Below are positions 9,771 through 20,724 of a stretch of DNA of 64,000 nucleotides, piece after piece; within the stretch, counting starts at the first letter, position 1, and every line of letters starts with the position of its first letter. Source of the stretch: Pseudonocardia sp. (GTDB lineage Bacteria; Actinomycetota; Actinomycetes; Mycobacteriales; Pseudonocardiaceae); NCBI RefSeq assembly GCF_036500625.1, contig NZ_DASYBQ010000012.1, one strand, 5' to 3'. The position numbers and the translations under genes were made by a program. The notes under the pieces are model-generated. The model worked only from the letters and a program-made list of their open reading frames with translations. It searched no databases and was not told where the DNA came from.

Positions 9771-10955
9771 TCAGGGGGCGGTGTCGGCGCGGCTGGCCCC
9801 GTCGCCGGGGAAGCCGAGCTTGCGGGAACAGGCCGGCCACGCGCCGTACCCGCCCCTGGCGTCCCGGACCTTCTGGGCAACCGCGATCTGCTCCTCCCTG
9901 CTCGCCTGGTTCGGCAGTGCGGCGTACTTGGTTCCGCCGTAGGCCCGCCAGGTCTGGGCGTCGAACTGGATGCCACCGTAGTAGCCGTTGCCGGTGTTGA
10001 TTCTCCAGTTACCGCTCGACTCGCAGGACGCCAGCCGGTCCCACACCGCGCCGGCCGGCACCCGAGGTGCCTGTGAGCTCGGTTTGGTGCCCACCCGGAC
10101 CACCCTGGGCTGGGCCTGGCTGGTCACCCGCTCGCTGAGGAGTTCGCGGCTGGTCTCGGTGCCGCCTCGCACCACCACCTGGTACGTGCTGGTCAGCTCG
10201 CCCGGTTCACCCGGCTGCAGCACCACCTCGGCGTCCTGGGCCAGGTTCGGGTCCTGGATGCGCTGCACCGGCGGTGGGATGGCCCTGGTCACGTTGAGCC
10301 GCCCCCGGCCGCTGCGCACCACGGCGACCTGGTCGCCGTCGTCCAGCGGGCTGTCCGGGCTCGGTTCGGCGACGTCCTCGTCGCCAAGCGGCCGGCCCAG
10401 TTCGGCGAGCATCCGGCGGGCCGTGCCGGCCCGGGTGGTCACCGAGCGGGCCGGGCCGGCGCCGTCGGTCAGGGTGACCGTCCGGGTCACGTCGACGGTG
10501 AGCTGCATTCCGCTCAGCGGTATCGGCTGGCCGAGGGACACGGACACATCGCTGCCGGTCACGTTGAGGTCCAGGCTGTGCATGGCGTCGCGCACGGTGG
10601 CAGTGGTGGTCCAGATGTCGCGCCGCTGCCCGTCCTCGATCAGCGTCAGCGGCCGGGCCCGGTTCAGGATGATGTGGTCGCCGTCGTCGACCCCGGTGGC
10701 GCCGTCCGGTTCCAGCCGGTCCCTGGCGCCAAGGCTCAGCCCGGCGGCGTGCACCGCCTGGCGCACGGTGACCGCGAAGGTGTGCACGGTCCGGGTCTGG
10801 CCGTCCACGGTGAGGGTGACCTTCTTGCTCACCCCGAGTAGCACCCCGCCGGCCAGCAGCAGCAGAAACATCGCCGCCACCAGCGCCAGTGCCACCGGGC
10901 GTTGGATCACTGGACATCCGTTCCGCCGGGCCGGCCCGGGTGGGCCAGCGGTCAC
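9771..10955 (-). CDS. rpfB: Resuscitation-promoting factor RpfB (DUF348 repeats, G5, transglycosylase)
   Basis: N-terminal [10 protein letters not shown] (DUF348), VVRVGTK (G5), [26 protein letters not shown] (Rpf domain). Start could be GTG 10910. Confidence 0.92.
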   Translation of the reverse strand: MTAGPPGPARRNGCPVIQRPVALALVAAMFLLLLAGGVLLGVSKKVTLTVDGQTRTVHTFAVTVRQAVHAAGLSLGARDRLEPDGATGVDDGDHIILNRARPLTLIEDGQRRDIWTTTATVRDAMHSLDLNVTGSDVSVSLGQPIPLSGMQLTVDVTRTVTLTDGAGPARSVTTRAGTARRMLAELGRPLGDEDVAEPSPDSPLDDGDQVAVVRSGRGRLNVTRAIPPPVQRIQDPNLAQDAEVVLQPGEPGELTSTYQVVVRGGTETSRELLSERVTSQAQPRVVRVGTKPSSQAPRVPAGAVWDRLASCESSGNWRINTGNGYYGGIQFDAQTWRAYGGTKYAALPNQASREEQIAVAQKVRDARGGYGAWPACSRKLGFPGDGASRADTAP

Positions 10956-11031
10956 GGGACGCTAACCAGCGCCGAGATCACCTCGTGGGCGATTGCCCGG
11001 CTGTACCCCGAATGGAGTAGCGGGTGGTCGA

Positions 11032-11907
11032 CTACCGCGGCTGGCCGATGCGGAACAACTGCTCGGCGTTTCGACCGGTCGCCTCCGCGATGCGCCCGGC
11101 GTCGACCGACCTGGCGTCGGCGAGGCCGCGCACCGTCCAGGGCAGGCAGTACGGCTCGTTGGCCTTGCCCCGGTGCGGATGCGGGGTGAGGAACGGGGCG
11201 TCGGTCTCCACCAGCAGCAGCTCCTCGGGCAGCAGCACGGCCGCCTCGCGCAGCGCGGCCGCGTTACGGAAGGTGACCGGGCCGGCGAACGAGGTGTAGT
11301 AGCCGGCGTCCGCGCAGGCCCTGGCCAGCTCCGGCCCGCCGGAGAAGCAATGAAAGATCACCCGCTCCGGGGGACCCTCGGTACGCAGCACCGCCAGCAC
11401 GTCGTCGTGCGCGTCCCTGTCGTGGATCATCAGCGGCTTGTCCAGCAGCTTGGCCAGCTCGATGTGCCAGGCGAACACCTCGCGCTGGGTGGCAGGGTCG
11501 GCGCAGTCCGGGTCGTGACGGGGCCAGTAGTAGTCGAGCCCCGTCTCGCCGACCGCGACCACACTCGGTGCCCCGGCCAACGCGGCGATCTCCGCGCGGG
11601 CCGCGTCGGTCGCGGTGTTGGCCCTGGTCGGGTGCAGTGCCACGGCGGCGGACACCCGGGCGTCGGCCTCGGCGGCGGTCAGCACCCACCGGGCCGAGGC
11701 GAGGTCGTCGGCCACGGTGACCACCGCGCGCACCCCGACGGCCGCCGCCCTGTCCATCGCGGCCCGCACCTCCTCGGGGCGCACCGCGCCGCAGGCGTCC
11801 AGGTGGGTGTGCGCGTCGATGGTGCCCGGCTCGGCGAGCGGCTCCGGCGCCGGTGGCCTGCGCCCTCGTGAGTGTTGAGGATCGCTCTGGCGTTCCTCAA
11901 CACTCAC
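11032..11907 (-). CDS. tatD: TatD family deoxyribonuclease
   Basis: [30 protein letters not shown] and LVETDAPFL motifs. GTG overlaps the metG TGA (GTGA). Confidence 0.93.
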   Translation of the reverse strand: MSVEERQSDPQHSRGRRPPAPEPLAEPGTIDAHTHLDACGAVRPEEVRAAMDRAAAVGVRAVVTVADDLASARWVLTAAEADARVSAAVALHPTRANTATDAARAEIAALAGAPSVVAVGETGLDYYWPRHDPDCADPATQREVFAWHIELAKLLDKPLMIHDRDAHDDVLAVLRTEGPPERVIFHCFSGGPELARACADAGYYTSFAGPVTFRNAAALREAAVLLPEELLLVETDAPFLTPHPHRGKANEPYCLPWTVRGLADARSVDAGRIAEATGRNAEQLFRIGQPR

Positions 11908-11913
11908 GAGGGC
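11862..11913. repeat. Perfect 20-bp inverted repeat (REP-like palindrome) across the metG/tatD junction
   Basis: gccctcgtgagtgttgagga (11862-11881) and tcctcaacactcacgagggc (11894-11913) are exact reverse complements. Confidence 0.9.
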
Positions 11914-13706
11914 TCCGTGCGGATGGGCGCCCAGTCCGGGCCGGTCTCGCCCAGCTTCGTGTCCAGCTTGCGGAACAGCGGCGACGGCTTGGCCAGTGGC
12001 CGGCCGACCTCGATCGGGCTGGACTCCCAGCGCGCCTGCTCGCCGGCGTAGTCGCCGGTCAGCACCGGGTACGCCGGACCGTCGCCGAGGTCGTCGACCT
12101 CCCGGATCTCCGGCTGGGCGGCCCACACCCCGCTGCCGCCCAGCGCCTCGTGCACCTGCTGCGCGGCGTGCGGCAGGAACGGGGTGAGCAGCGTGTTCGC
12201 GTCCTGGACCACCTGCAACGCGGTGTGCAGCACGGAGTCCCGACGCTCCGGGTCGTCTGTGAGCTTCCACGGCTCCTGGTCGGAGAGGTACTTGTTGGCC
12301 GCCGACACCACCCGCAGCGCCTCGCCGAGCGCCTGTTTGAACCGGCTGCGCGCGAGCAGCCCGCCGACCTCGCCGAAGCCGGCCTTCGAGGTGGCCAGCA
12401 GCGCGGCGTCCGCTTCGGCAGGGGCGATCGGCTTCGGGATCGCGCCGACGTTGCGGTGCGCCATCGAGATGGACCGGTTGACCAGGTTTCCCCACTCGTT
12501 GGCCAGCTCGAAGTTGGTCCGGCGGACGAACTCCTCCCAGGTGAAGTCGGTGTCCTGGTTCTCCGGCCCGGCCGCCGAGATGAAGTAGCGCAGCGCGTCC
12601 GGGCCGTACTCGCGCAGGAAGTCGCCTACGTAGATCACCGTGCCGCGCGAGGTGGAGAACTTGGAGCCGCTCATGGTGAGGAACTCCGAGGACACGATCT
12701 CGTCGGGCAGGTTCAGCGTGCCGAACGCGCCCGGCTGGCCGCCCTTGTCGCCCGCCCCGTTCTGGCCGAGCAGCAGCGCCGGCCAGATCACCGAGTGGAA
12801 GACGATGTTGTCCTTGCCCATGAAGTAGTACCCGGTCGCCGCCGGGTCGCACCACCACTGCTGCCAGGAGTCGGGGCTCTGCCCATAGCGGCGGGCCCAC
12901 TCCACGCTCGCCGACAGGTAGCCGATCACCGCGTCGAACCAGACGTAGAGCCGCTTCATCGGCTGGTCCCGCCAGCCGTCCAGCGGGATCGGCACACCCC
13001 AGTCCAGGTCGCGGGTGATCGGGCGGGGCTTGAGGTCGGAGATCAGGTTGGCGGAGAACTTGAGCACGTTCGGCCGCCAGTCGCTGCGGGTGGACAGCCA
13101 TTTGCCGAGCGACTCGGCGAACGCCGGCAGGTCCAGGAAGAAGTGCTCGGTCTCGGTGAACTTCGGCGTCTCACCGTTGATCTTGGAGCGCGGGTTGATC
13201 AGGTCGGCCGGGTCCAGCTGGTTGCCGCAGTTGTCGCACTGGTCGCCGCGCGCGCTGTCGTACCCACAGATCGGGCAGGTGCCCTCTATGTAGCGGTCCG
13301 GCAGGGTGCGCCCGGTGGAAGGGCTGATCGCGCCCATCGTGGTCTTTGCCACGACATAACCGTTGCGGTGCAGCGCCAGGAACAGGTCCTGAACCACCTG
13401 GTAGTGGTTGCTGGTGGTGGTGCGGGTGAACAGGTCGTAGGCCAGGCCGAGGCCCTGCAGGTCGCCCACGATGACCCGGTTGTACTTGTCCGCCAGCGCA
13501 CGGGCGGACAGGCCCTCGGCGTCGGCCTGCACCTGGATCGGTGTGCCGTGCTCGTCGGTGCCGGAGACCATGAGAACCCGGTTGCCCGCCATCCGCTGGT
13601 AGCGGGAGAAGACGTCGGAGGGCACACCGAAACCGGAAACATGGCCGATGTGCCGGGGGCCGTTGGCGTAGGGCCACGCCACGGCGGTCAGCACGCGGGA
13701 ACTCAT
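11904..13706 (-). CDS. metG: Methionine--tRNA ligase
   Basis: [12 protein letters not shown] (HIGH), GTDEHGTPI, Zn-knuckle [22 protein letters not shown] and KFSTS motifs. Confidence 0.97.
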   Translation of the reverse strand: MSSRVLTAVAWPYANGPRHIGHVSGFGVPSDVFSRYQRMAGNRVLMVSGTDEHGTPIQVQADAEGLSARALADKYNRVIVGDLQGLGLAYDLFTRTTTSNHYQVVQDLFLALHRNGYVVAKTTMGAISPSTGRTLPDRYIEGTCPICGYDSARGDQCDNCGNQLDPADLINPRSKINGETPKFTETEHFFLDLPAFAESLGKWLSTRSDWRPNVLKFSANLISDLKPRPITRDLDWGVPIPLDGWRDQPMKRLYVWFDAVIGYLSASVEWARRYGQSPDSWQQWWCDPAATGYYFMGKDNIVFHSVIWPALLLGQNGAGDKGGQPGAFGTLNLPDEIVSSEFLTMSGSKFSTSRGTVIYVGDFLREYGPDALRYFISAAGPENQDTDFTWEEFVRRTNFELANEWGNLVNRSISMAHRNVGAIPKPIAPAEADAALLATSKAGFGEVGGLLARSRFKQALGEALRVVSAANKYLSDQEPWKLTDDPERRDSVLHTALQVVQDANTLLTPFLPHAAQQVHEALGGSGVWAAQPEIREVDDLGDGPAYPVLTGDYAGEQARWESSPIEVGRPLAKPSPLFRKLDTKLGETGPDWAPIRTEPS

Positions 13707-13712
13707 GTGACA

Positions 13713-13718
13713 AGCCTA
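13713..13718 (-). promoter_or_regulatory. -10 hexamer TAGGCT 6 nt before the metG ATG (leaderless promoter)
   Basis: The same TAGGCT-N6-start arrangement occurs at rsmI (18688-18693), mauE (50144-50149) and smpB (54431-54436). Confidence 0.6.
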
Positions 13719-13782
13719 TGCGCACCAGGCCACCGGGTATTTCCGGGTGAAGACTGTCGGCGGGCCGTGCGACGCTGCGCGG

Positions 13783-14343
13783 GTGAAGACCCAGTACTAC
13801 ACCGCGACCAGCATCGACGGCTTCATCGCCGACCCGGACAACTCACTGGACTGGCTGCTGCGCTTCGGCGACGGCAGCGGCGACACCTACAGCGCGTTCA
13901 TCGCCAAGGTCGGCGCGATCGCGATGGGCTCGACCACCTACCGGTGGATTCTGGACCATCACATCTACCCGGACGCCGACCATCCCCGGCCGTGGGACTA
14001 CACCCAGCCGACGTGGGTGTTCAGCACTCAGGAGCTGCCAGCTCTACCGGGCGCCGACATCCGGTTCGTCCGGGGCGACGTGGCCCGGGTGCACGCCGAG
14101 ATGACCGAAGCGGCCGCCGGCCGCAACATCTGGGTCGTCGGCGGGGGCGAACTGGCCGGCCAGTTCCACGACCACGGCCTGCTCGACGAGCTCATCCTCG
14201 GCTACACACCGGTAGCCCTCGGCGGCGGCGCGCCGCTGCTGCCGAGGCGGATCTCCGAACCGCCGATGGAGCTGGTCGACGTCCGGCGGGACGGCCCGTT
14301 CGCGCTGCTCACCTACGCCGTCGGCAGTGCCGGGCGCAGTTGA
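13783..14343 (+). CDS. Dihydrofolate reductase family (RibD C-terminal domain) protein
   Basis: YYTATSIDGFIAD, AMGSTTY, NIWVVGGGELAGQF and LLDELIL..PV.LG.G.PL motifs. Confidence 0.88.
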   Translation: MKTQYYTATSIDGFIADPDNSLDWLLRFGDGSGDTYSAFIAKVGAIAMGSTTYRWILDHHIYPDADHPRPWDYTQPTWVFSTQELPALPGADIRFVRGDVARVHAEMTEAAAGRNIWVVGGGELAGQFHDHGLLDELILGYTPVALGGGAPLLPRRISEPPMELVDVRRDGPFALLTYAVGSAGRS

Positions 14344-14368
14344 CCACTGCAAACAACACTGCCAGCGA

Positions 14369-14399
14369 CACGGCCAGCGCGTGCGGGGCTCTGGCCGTG
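14369..14399. terminator. 9-bp hairpin between convergent genes
   Basis: cacggccag / ctggccgtg between the RibD-family and VOC stop codons. Confidence 0.4.
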
Positions 14400-14417
14400 C
14401 CGCGTCGGCGTGGGTGC

Positions 14418-15197
14418 TCAGCCCTGCTCGGGCAGCGGGCTGTGCAGAGCGAACACCGCGCCGAACGGGTCGGTGGCCATCGCGATGCGGCCGAACGGTG
14501 TGTCTTCGCCGGCCATCAGCACCTGCCCCCCGCCGCGCTGGGCCGCGGACACCGCCGCGTCCACGTCGGCGACGCTGAAATAGACCACCCAGTGGCTGGG
14601 TGTGCCGTCCGGAGCGCCCATCATGTTGCCCATCCCGCCGCCGGGACGCTCGCCGACCGAGAACGTGGCGTAATCATCCAGGCTCATGCCGGGCACCGGT
14701 TCGTAGGTGTAGCCGAACACCGCCTGGTAGAAGCGGCGCCCTTCCGCCACGTCGGTGAGCCGCGCGTCCTCCCAGACCATCGAGCCCGGCTCGTCGACCA
14801 CCTGGGTGCCGATCTCCTGTCTGCCATGGAACACACCGAACGCGCCGCCGGTGCTGTCCCGCGCGACCGCGATCCGGCCGACCTCGTCGAGGTCGAACGG
14901 GTCGGCCAACAGGGTGCCACCGTTCTCGGTGATCAGCTTGGCCGTGGCGTCGGCGTCGTCGGAGGCGATGTAGACCAGCCAGGCGGTGGGCTGCTCAGCG
15001 GCCTGCATCGGGCCGATGCCAGCGACCGAACGCCCGTCGACCTGGCACATTCGGTAACCGCCGTACTCCGCATCGGTACCTGCGAAACTCCAGCCGATCA
15101 CCGAGCCGTAGAACTCCAGCGCGGCGTCGATGTCCGGGACGGAGATGTCGACCCAGTTGGGTGTGCCGGCGGGCCAGGATGTGTCACGGGTGGACAT
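14418..15197 (-). CDS. VOC family protein (tandem glyoxalase/bleomycin-resistance domains)
   Basis: GTPNWVDIS.PD..AA..FYG...GW, W.VY.A.DD.DA and G.FG motifs, repeated in the second half. Confidence 0.88.
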   Translation of the reverse strand: MSTRDTSWPAGTPNWVDISVPDIDAALEFYGSVIGWSFAGTDAEYGGYRMCQVDGRSVAGIGPMQAAEQPTAWLVYIASDDADATAKLITENGGTLLADPFDLDEVGRIAVARDSTGGAFGVFHGRQEIGTQVVDEPGSMVWEDARLTDVAEGRRFYQAVFGYTYEPVPGMSLDDYATFSVGERPGGGMGNMMGAPDGTPSHWVVYFSVADVDAAVSAAQRGGGQVLMAGEDTPFGRIAMATDPFGAVFALHSPLPEQG

Positions 15198-15344
15198 GGT
15201 GTGCCTCTCAAGAGAAGTACGAGGTTCGAATGGGTGGCCATCAAAGCACCGAGCACCGACAACTTCCGCCGCCATTTCAGTGCACCCGTGCCCGGCGCGG
15301 ATTTCGTCACCAGGTATTCACCTGAGGCTGCCAAGCTGACGATC

Positions 15345-16733
15345 ATGCGAGCGTCCAGTGTCCTGCTCAGTGCGGCGTTGCTGGCCGCATGCGCCGCCGG
15401 CTGCGCGAACTCACCGGCTCCGGCGCCGGCCCGAGCACCGGGCGCCGCCGGGCCGCCGGCGGCCACGAGCGGCGCGCCCGCGCCAACGGCTCCGACGGTG
15501 CTGGCCGATGCAACGCTGCCGCGCGTCCCGCTTGCCGAGTTCTCCAACGGGCTGCTGCCCCGTGCTGTGCCGGACGACCACGGCATCGCGCTCGGCGGCA
15601 TCGGCAGCGACCTCTACCCGGCGAGCGCGCCCGACGAGTACTGGATGATCACCGACCGGGGGCCGAACGGCCAGGTCAAGGTCGACGGCGCCGAGCGAAG
15701 GACGTTCCCGGTTCCCGGGTTCGACCCGGCCGTCCTGCGGGTCAGGGTGGACGGCCCGGTGCTGCGGGTGCTGCAGGCGATCCCGATCACCGCCACCGAC
15801 GGCCAGGCGGTCACCGGCCTGTCCAACACCGCCGGCCGCGACGAGTCGCCCTACGACCTGACCGGGCGGACGCTGCTTCCACTGCACCCCGGCGGGCTGG
15901 ACACCGAGGGACTGGTGCGCACCGGCAACGGCGAGTTCTGGGTGTCCGAGGAGTACTCGCCCTCGATCGTGCACCTGTCCTCGTCCGGGCGGGTGCTGGC
16001 CCGCTACGTGCCCGGCGGCCTGGCGCTGCCCGACGCCGGGTACCCGGTGTTCCCGACCCTGCCGGCGATCCTGTCGCACCGCCAGGGCAACCGGGGTTTC
16101 GAGTCGCTGGCGCTGAGCCCGGACGGGCACACGCTGTACGCCGCGCTGCAGAGCCCGCTCGCGCTACCCAGTGACAAGGCCGGGGACAAGGCCGGGGACA
16201 AGGCGGGCGGCCGGTCCCGGGCGGTTCGGGTGCTCGCACTGGACACCACGTCCGGGCGGCCCAGCGCCGAGTACGTCTACCCGCTGCAGGACGTCACTGG
16301 GTTCGACCCGTCGGCCGGCGGCGACGAGTCGGCCATGAAGATCAGCGCGATGGCTTGGTACGGCCCGGACCAGCTGCTGGTCGACGAGCGGACCGACAAC
16401 GTGGCCAAGCTCTACGTCGTACGGCTGTCCGGCGCGACGAACGTGCTGGGCGGGCCGTTCGACTCGGCCACGCACACCCCGGCGCTGGAGCAGGCCGACC
16501 TGGCCGCCTCGTCGGTCACGCCGCTGGGCAAGACGCTGCTGCTCGACCTGACCGCCCAGGTGCCCAACCTGCCCGAGAAGATCGAAGGACTGGCGGTGCG
16601 CGACCCGAAGACCCTCGCCGTGGCCAACGACAACGACTTCGGCATGACCGAAGGGCCCGGAGCGTTCGGCCCGGACGGCCGGCTGCGTGACTCCGGTGTC
16701 CCCTCCCGCCTGTTGGTGCTGCGGCTGCCGTGA
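15345..16733 (+). CDS. Esterase-like activity of phytase family lipoprotein
   Basis: C-terminal part of the 11853-16733 track ORF. Lipobox-like LAAC/AAGC, then GGIGSDL, TDRGPN, DTEGL, SEEYSP, NRGFES, EKIEGL and NDNDFG motifs. Confidence 0.85.
   Translation: MRASSVLLSAALLAACAAGCANSPAPAPARAPGAAGPPAATSGAPAPTAPTVLADATLPRVPLAEFSNGLLPRAVPDDHGIALGGIGSDLYPASAPDEYWMITDRGPNGQVKVDGAERRTFPVPGFDPAVLRVRVDGPVLRVLQAIPITATDGQAVTGLSNTAGRDESPYDLTGRTLLPLHPGGLDTEGLVRTGNGEFWVSEEYSPSIVHLSSSGRVLARYVPGGLALPDAGYPVFPTLPAILSHRQGNRGFESLALSPDGHTLYAALQSPLALPSDKAGDKAGDKAGGRSRAVRVLALDTTSGRPSAEYVYPLQDVTGFDPSAGGDESAMKISAMAWYGPDQLLVDERTDNVAKLYVVRLSGATNVLGGPFDSATHTPALEQADLAASSVTPLGKTLLLDLTAQVPNLPEKIEGLAVRDPKTLAVANDNDFGMTEGPGAFGPDGRLRDSGVPSRLLVLRLP
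16173..16208 (+). repeat. 12-nt in-frame tandem repeat (DKAG x3)
   Basis: gacaaggccggg x2 plus gacaaggcgggc. Confidence 0.8.
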
Positions 16734-16786
16734 ACTTGCGCCAGCCGCCAGGGAAGGGTCGAGCCGGGATACGCGTTGCAAACGGG

Positions 16787-17863
16787 GTGGCGCACTTCGA
16801 CATCCCGTTCTCCGTCCTCGACCTGGCCGTGGTCGGCTCCGGCTCGACGCCCGGTGCCGCGCTGAGTGGCACGATCGAGCTGGCCAGGCGCACCGAGCAG
16901 CTCGGCTACCAGCGGTTCTGGGTAGCCGAGCACCACAACATGCCGGGCATCGCCAGCTCGGCGCCCCCGGTGCTCATCGCGCACCTGGCCGCCGCCACCC
17001 GGTCGATGCGGGTCGGCTCCGGCGGGGTGATGCTGCCCAACCACGCGCCGCTGGTGGTCGCGGAACAGTTCGGCATGCTCGAGGCGCTGCACCCCGGCCG
17101 GATCGACCTCGGCATCGGTCGGGCACCGGGCACCGACCCGGTCACCGCGCAGGCGCTTCGCCGCACCGCGAACGCGCTGTCCGTGGACGACTTCCCCGAG
17201 GAGTTCGCCGCGCTGGTCGGCTACTTCAGCTCGGCGAACGACCGAGGGGTGCACGCGGTGCCGGCCTTGGGCAACAAGCCGGATGTGTGGCTGTTGGGCT
17301 CCAGCGGCTACAGCGCCCAGGTCGCCGGGATGCTCGGCCTGCCGTTCGCGTTCGCGCACCACTTCAGCGCGACGAACACGCTACCCGCGCTGGCGCTGTA
17401 CCGGGAGCAGTTCCGGCCCTCCGCCCGGCTCACCGAGCCCTACGCGATGGTCTGCGCCTCGGTGGTCGCCGCGCGGGACGACGAGCGGGCCCGCTACCTG
17501 GCCGGCCCGGGTGGGTTGTCCTTCCTGCAGCTGCGCCAGGGCAGACCTGGCCTGATGCCCACCCCGGCACAGGCCGCCGGGTACGACTACAACGAGATGG
17601 AGCGCGCGTTCGTGGCCGACCGGTTCGCCAACCAGATCATCGGCGGGCCGGACACCGTGTTCAAGGGCATCACCTCGCTGCTGGAGCAGACCCAGGCCGA
17701 CGAGCTGATGGTCACCACGATGGTGCACGACCCCTCGGACGCCCGGCGCAGCCACGAACTGGTGGCCGAGCTGGCCGAACTCTCGCCGCCGGCGAGCCGG
17801 TCCAGCGGCGACCAGGCGGCTTATCCGTCCGTTGCCGACCCTTCGGGCAACGACGCCGCGTAG
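16787..17863 (+). CDS. LLM class flavin-dependent oxidoreductase (luciferase family)
   Basis: [48 protein letters not shown] and WLLGSS motifs. Confidence 0.92.
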   Translation: MAHFDIPFSVLDLAVVGSGSTPGAALSGTIELARRTEQLGYQRFWVAEHHNMPGIASSAPPVLIAHLAAATRSMRVGSGGVMLPNHAPLVVAEQFGMLEALHPGRIDLGIGRAPGTDPVTAQALRRTANALSVDDFPEEFAALVGYFSSANDRGVHAVPALGNKPDVWLLGSSGYSAQVAGMLGLPFAFAHHFSATNTLPALALYREQFRPSARLTEPYAMVCASVVAARDDERARYLAGPGGLSFLQLRQGRPGLMPTPAQAAGYDYNEMERAFVADRFANQIIGGPDTVFKGITSLLEQTQADELMVTTMVHDPSDARRSHELVAELAELSPPASRSSGDQAAYPSVADPSGNDAA

Positions 17864-18681
17864 AGCTCCCGTTTCGACACGCCGGAGCCGGCGGCCACCG
17901 CGTTCACCGCGTCCTTGTGCCGCAGGCCGCCGGCCACCTGTTCCCGCACCTGGGCGGCCAGCTCCGCCAGCGGCGCCTCGGCCGGTTGCGCGCCGGCGAG
18001 CACCACGGTGATCTCGCCGCGCACCTCCTCGTCGCGCGCCCATCCGGCGAGCTCGGCCAGCGAGCCGCGCAGCACCTGCTCGTAGGTCTTGGTCAGCTCC
18101 CGGCACACCGCGGCTGGACGGTCCGGACCGAGCACCTCGACCGCGTTGTCCAGCGTGGCGGCCAGCCGGCGAGGCGACTCGAAGAACACCGAGGTGCGCG
18201 GCTCGGCGAGCAACCCGGCCAGCCACCGCCGCCGCTCGCCGGGCCGGCGCGGGGCGAAGCCCTCGAAGCAGAACCGCTCACACGGCAGCCCTGACACCGC
18301 CAGCGCGGTGGTCACCGCCGAGGGCCCCGGCAGGCAGCTCACCGGTAGCTCGGCCGCCACACAGGCGCTGACCAGGCGGAACCCCGGGTCGGATACCGAG
18401 GGCATGCCGGCGTCGGTGACCACCAGCACGGTCTGGCCATCCCGCACCGCATCCACCAACGCCGGCGCCCTCGCGGCCTCCACCGCGTCGTAGTAGCTCA
18501 CCACCCGCGCGCTCAGCGTGACTCCCAGCGCAGTGGCAAGGTGGCGGAGCCTGCGGGTGTCCTCGGCGGCGATCACGTCCGCCCCGCCCAGCGCGGCGAC
18601 CAACCTGGCCGAGGCGTCCCCGGGGTCGCCGAGCGGTGTCGCGGCCAGCAGCAGCCGCCCGCCAGCACCCTCGTCCGCCAC
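17821..18681 (-). CDS. rsmI: 16S rRNA (cytidine1402-2'-O)-methyltransferase
   Basis: [44 protein letters not shown] and CRELTK motifs. Divergent from pmt, as is usual in actinobacteria. Confidence 0.95.
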   Translation of the reverse strand: MADEGAGGRLLLAATPLGDPGDASARLVAALGGADVIAAEDTRRLRHLATALGVTLSARVVSYYDAVEAARAPALVDAVRDGQTVLVVTDAGMPSVSDPGFRLVSACVAAELPVSCLPGPSAVTTALAVSGLPCERFCFEGFAPRRPGERRRWLAGLLAEPRTSVFFESPRRLAATLDNAVEVLGPDRPAAVCRELTKTYEQVLRGSLAELAGWARDEEVRGEITVVLAGAQPAEAPLAELAAQVREQVAGGLRHKDAVNAVAAGSGVSKRELYAASLPEGSATDG

Positions 18682-18807
18682 CGCGCCAGCCTAACCTCCT
18701 CCGGGGCCTGTTTCGTCGATCATCGAAGGCCGGGCAGCGCGCGAGGCCGCGACACGTGCCGCGACGGGCCGCCTGCGCACTCGCGGGACCCTCTACGCTC
18801 GGTTGCG

Positions 18808-20385
18808 ATGGTGTCCGTGCAACCGCCCCCCACCCGCCTGGCCCGGGCGGGTGCCCTGCCGGTCGGGCCGCGCCCGCCGGCGTGGCCGCCCGGACAGACC
18901 GGCTTCCCGCTGGACCGGCCGATGCCCGCGGACCGGTTGCGCGGTTGGCTGTTGGCGATCCTGCTGACGGTCATCGGCGGGATCCTCCGGTTCTACCGGC
19001 TCGGCCACCCCACCGACGGCGGCACGCCGGTGTTCGACGAGAAGCACTACGTGCCGCAGGCCTGGCAGATGCTGCGCAACGGCGGCGTCGAGGACAACCC
19101 GGGCTACGAGCTGGTGGTGCACCCGCCGCTGGCCAAGCAGCTCATCGCCCTCGGCGAGTGGTGGCAGGGCTACGACTCGATCGGTTGGCGGGTCAGCGCC
19201 GCGCTGGCCGGCACGCTCTGCGTGCTGTTGCTGGTGCGCATCGCCCGCCGGATGACCCGCTCGACCCTGCTCGGAGTGCTGGCCGGCGCCCTGCTGCTGT
19301 GCGACGGGACCAGCTTCGTGCAGTCCCGGATGGGCATGCTCGACATCTTCCTGACCCTTTTCGTGCTGGCCTCGTTCGGTGCGATGGTGTTGGACCGGGA
19401 CGAGGTGCGGGCCCGGATGGCGATCGTGGTCGCGCAGGGGCGGGTGCACGACTCGCCGTTCGGGCCCCGGATGGGGGTGCGCTGGTGGCGGTTCGCCGCC
19501 GGGGTGCTGATCGGCATGGCCTGCGCGGTGAAGTGGTCCGGGGTGTACTGGGTGGCCGCGTTCGGTGTGCTCTCCCTGGTGTGGGACCTCACCGCGCGCC
19601 GGGCCGCCGGTGTGGCGCGCCCGTGGTCGGGTGTGCTGGTGCGCGACGTCGGGCCCGCGTTGTGGGCACTGGCCGCCGTCCCGGTACTGACCTACTTCGC
19701 CGGCTGGTGGGCCTGGTTCGCCAGTGAGACCGGCACCGACCGCTACGAGGTGGGCCAGGACATCGGCCCGGGTGGGCACTTCTCGTTCGTGCCGGCCGCG
19801 CTGCGGTCCCTGTGGTACTACAGCGCCCACGTGCTGTCCTTCCACGAGGACCTCACCACGTCGAAGACCAACCCGCACCCGTGGGAGTCCAAGCCATGGA
19901 CCTGGCCGATGAGCCTGCGCCCGATGCTCTACTACCTCAACACCAACGACCGGTCCTGCGGCGCCAACGACTGTGTCAGCTCGACGATGCTGATCGGCAC
20001 CCCTGCCCTGTGGTGGACCAGCCCGGCCGTAGTGGTTTGGGCGCTGTGGCGGGTGGCCGCCAGGTTCGACTGGCGTTACGCCGCGGTGCTGGTCGGCTAC
20101 GGCGCCGGGTACCTGCCCTGGTTCCTCGACATCGACCGGCAGATGTACTTCTTCTACGCCACGCCGATGGCCCCGTTCCTGGTGCTGGGCATCACGCTGG
20201 CATCGGGCGACGTGCTGGGACGGGCCTTGGCCGGTGCCGAGCGGCGGGCCACCGGCCTGCTGCTCGTCTCGCTCTACCTGGGTCTCGCGGTGGCCAACTT
20301 CGCCTGGCTGTGGCCGATCATGGTCGGCGACTCCATCACCGCCGCCCACTGGAACGCCGAGATGTGGCTGCCTTCTTGGCGGTGA
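18808..20385 (+). CDS. pmt: Dolichyl-phosphate-mannose--protein O-mannosyltransferase
   Basis: FDEKHY, VVHPPLAK, SRMGMLD, KWSG and HPWES.PW.WP motifs with multiple TMs. Confidence 0.93.
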   Translation: MVSVQPPPTRLARAGALPVGPRPPAWPPGQTGFPLDRPMPADRLRGWLLAILLTVIGGILRFYRLGHPTDGGTPVFDEKHYVPQAWQMLRNGGVEDNPGYELVVHPPLAKQLIALGEWWQGYDSIGWRVSAALAGTLCVLLLVRIARRMTRSTLLGVLAGALLLCDGTSFVQSRMGMLDIFLTLFVLASFGAMVLDRDEVRARMAIVVAQGRVHDSPFGPRMGVRWWRFAAGVLIGMACAVKWSGVYWVAAFGVLSLVWDLTARRAAGVARPWSGVLVRDVGPALWALAAVPVLTYFAGWWAWFASETGTDRYEVGQDIGPGGHFSFVPAALRSLWYYSAHVLSFHEDLTTSKTNPHPWESKPWTWPMSLRPMLYYLNTNDRSCGANDCVSSTMLIGTPALWWTSPAVVVWALWRVAARFDWRYAAVLVGYGAGYLPWFLDIDRQMYFFYATPMAPFLVLGITLASGDVLGRALAGAERRATGLLLVSLYLGLAVANFAWLWPIMVGDSITAAHWNAEMWLPSWR

Positions 20386-20390
20386 CCCCT

Positions 20391-20421
20391 GTAGCGATCC
20401 GTAGCACTATGCGGCTACCAT
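20391..20421 (+). promoter_or_regulatory. Probable TA operator and leaderless promoter
   Basis: GTAGC-N8-GCTAC palindrome at 20401-20418, extra GTAGC at 20391, and TACCAT at 20416-20421, 6 nt before the antitoxin GTG. Confidence 0.55.
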
Positions 20422-20427
20422 ACCTGC

Positions 20428-20724
20428 GTGACCAGGAAAATCACCCAGCGAGAGCTGCGCAATGAGATGCCAGCGATCATGCGGGCCATCGAGGACGGCG
20501 AACAGTTCATCCTGACCCGCAACGGCACCCCCATCGCCGACCTCATCCCGCACGCCCGCCCGCACGCCGAGCCCCGAGGCATGACAGGCGCGGAGCTGAT
20601 GGAGGCCGCTAGAACACTCCCGAAGATCGACGCGGCAGAGTTCTTCGCCGACATCGACCGTTACGTCGATACCGACCCCTTCCGTGGACCGGGCGAACCG
20701 GAACGCACGGAAGAATCGCGGTGA
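20428..20724 (+). CDS. Phd/YefM family antitoxin
   Basis: KITQRELRN...IMRAIEDGEQFILTRNGTPIADLIP. Overlaps the toxin start (GTGA). Confidence 0.9.
   Translation: MTRKITQRELRNEMPAIMRAIEDGEQFILTRNGTPIADLIPHARPHAEPRGMTGAELMEAARTLPKIDAAEFFADIDRYVDTDPFRGPGEPERTEESR

Noticed and set aside
10956-11031. c-di-AMP (ydaO) or other riboswitch upstream of rpfB
   Set aside because: Only about 75-120 nt separate tatD from rpfB and I could not see the aptamer's conserved elements. An Rfam scan would settle it.
11853-16733. 1626-aa ORF in the track
   Set aside because: Only the last 462 aa (from 15345) are a real gene. The rest is the antisense shadow of metG and the VOC gene, kept open by high GC.
17821-17863. 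43-nt convergent overlap of the LLM and rsmI 3' ends
   Set aside because: Short tail-to-tail overlaps are common in high-GC genomes and both tails are non-conserved.
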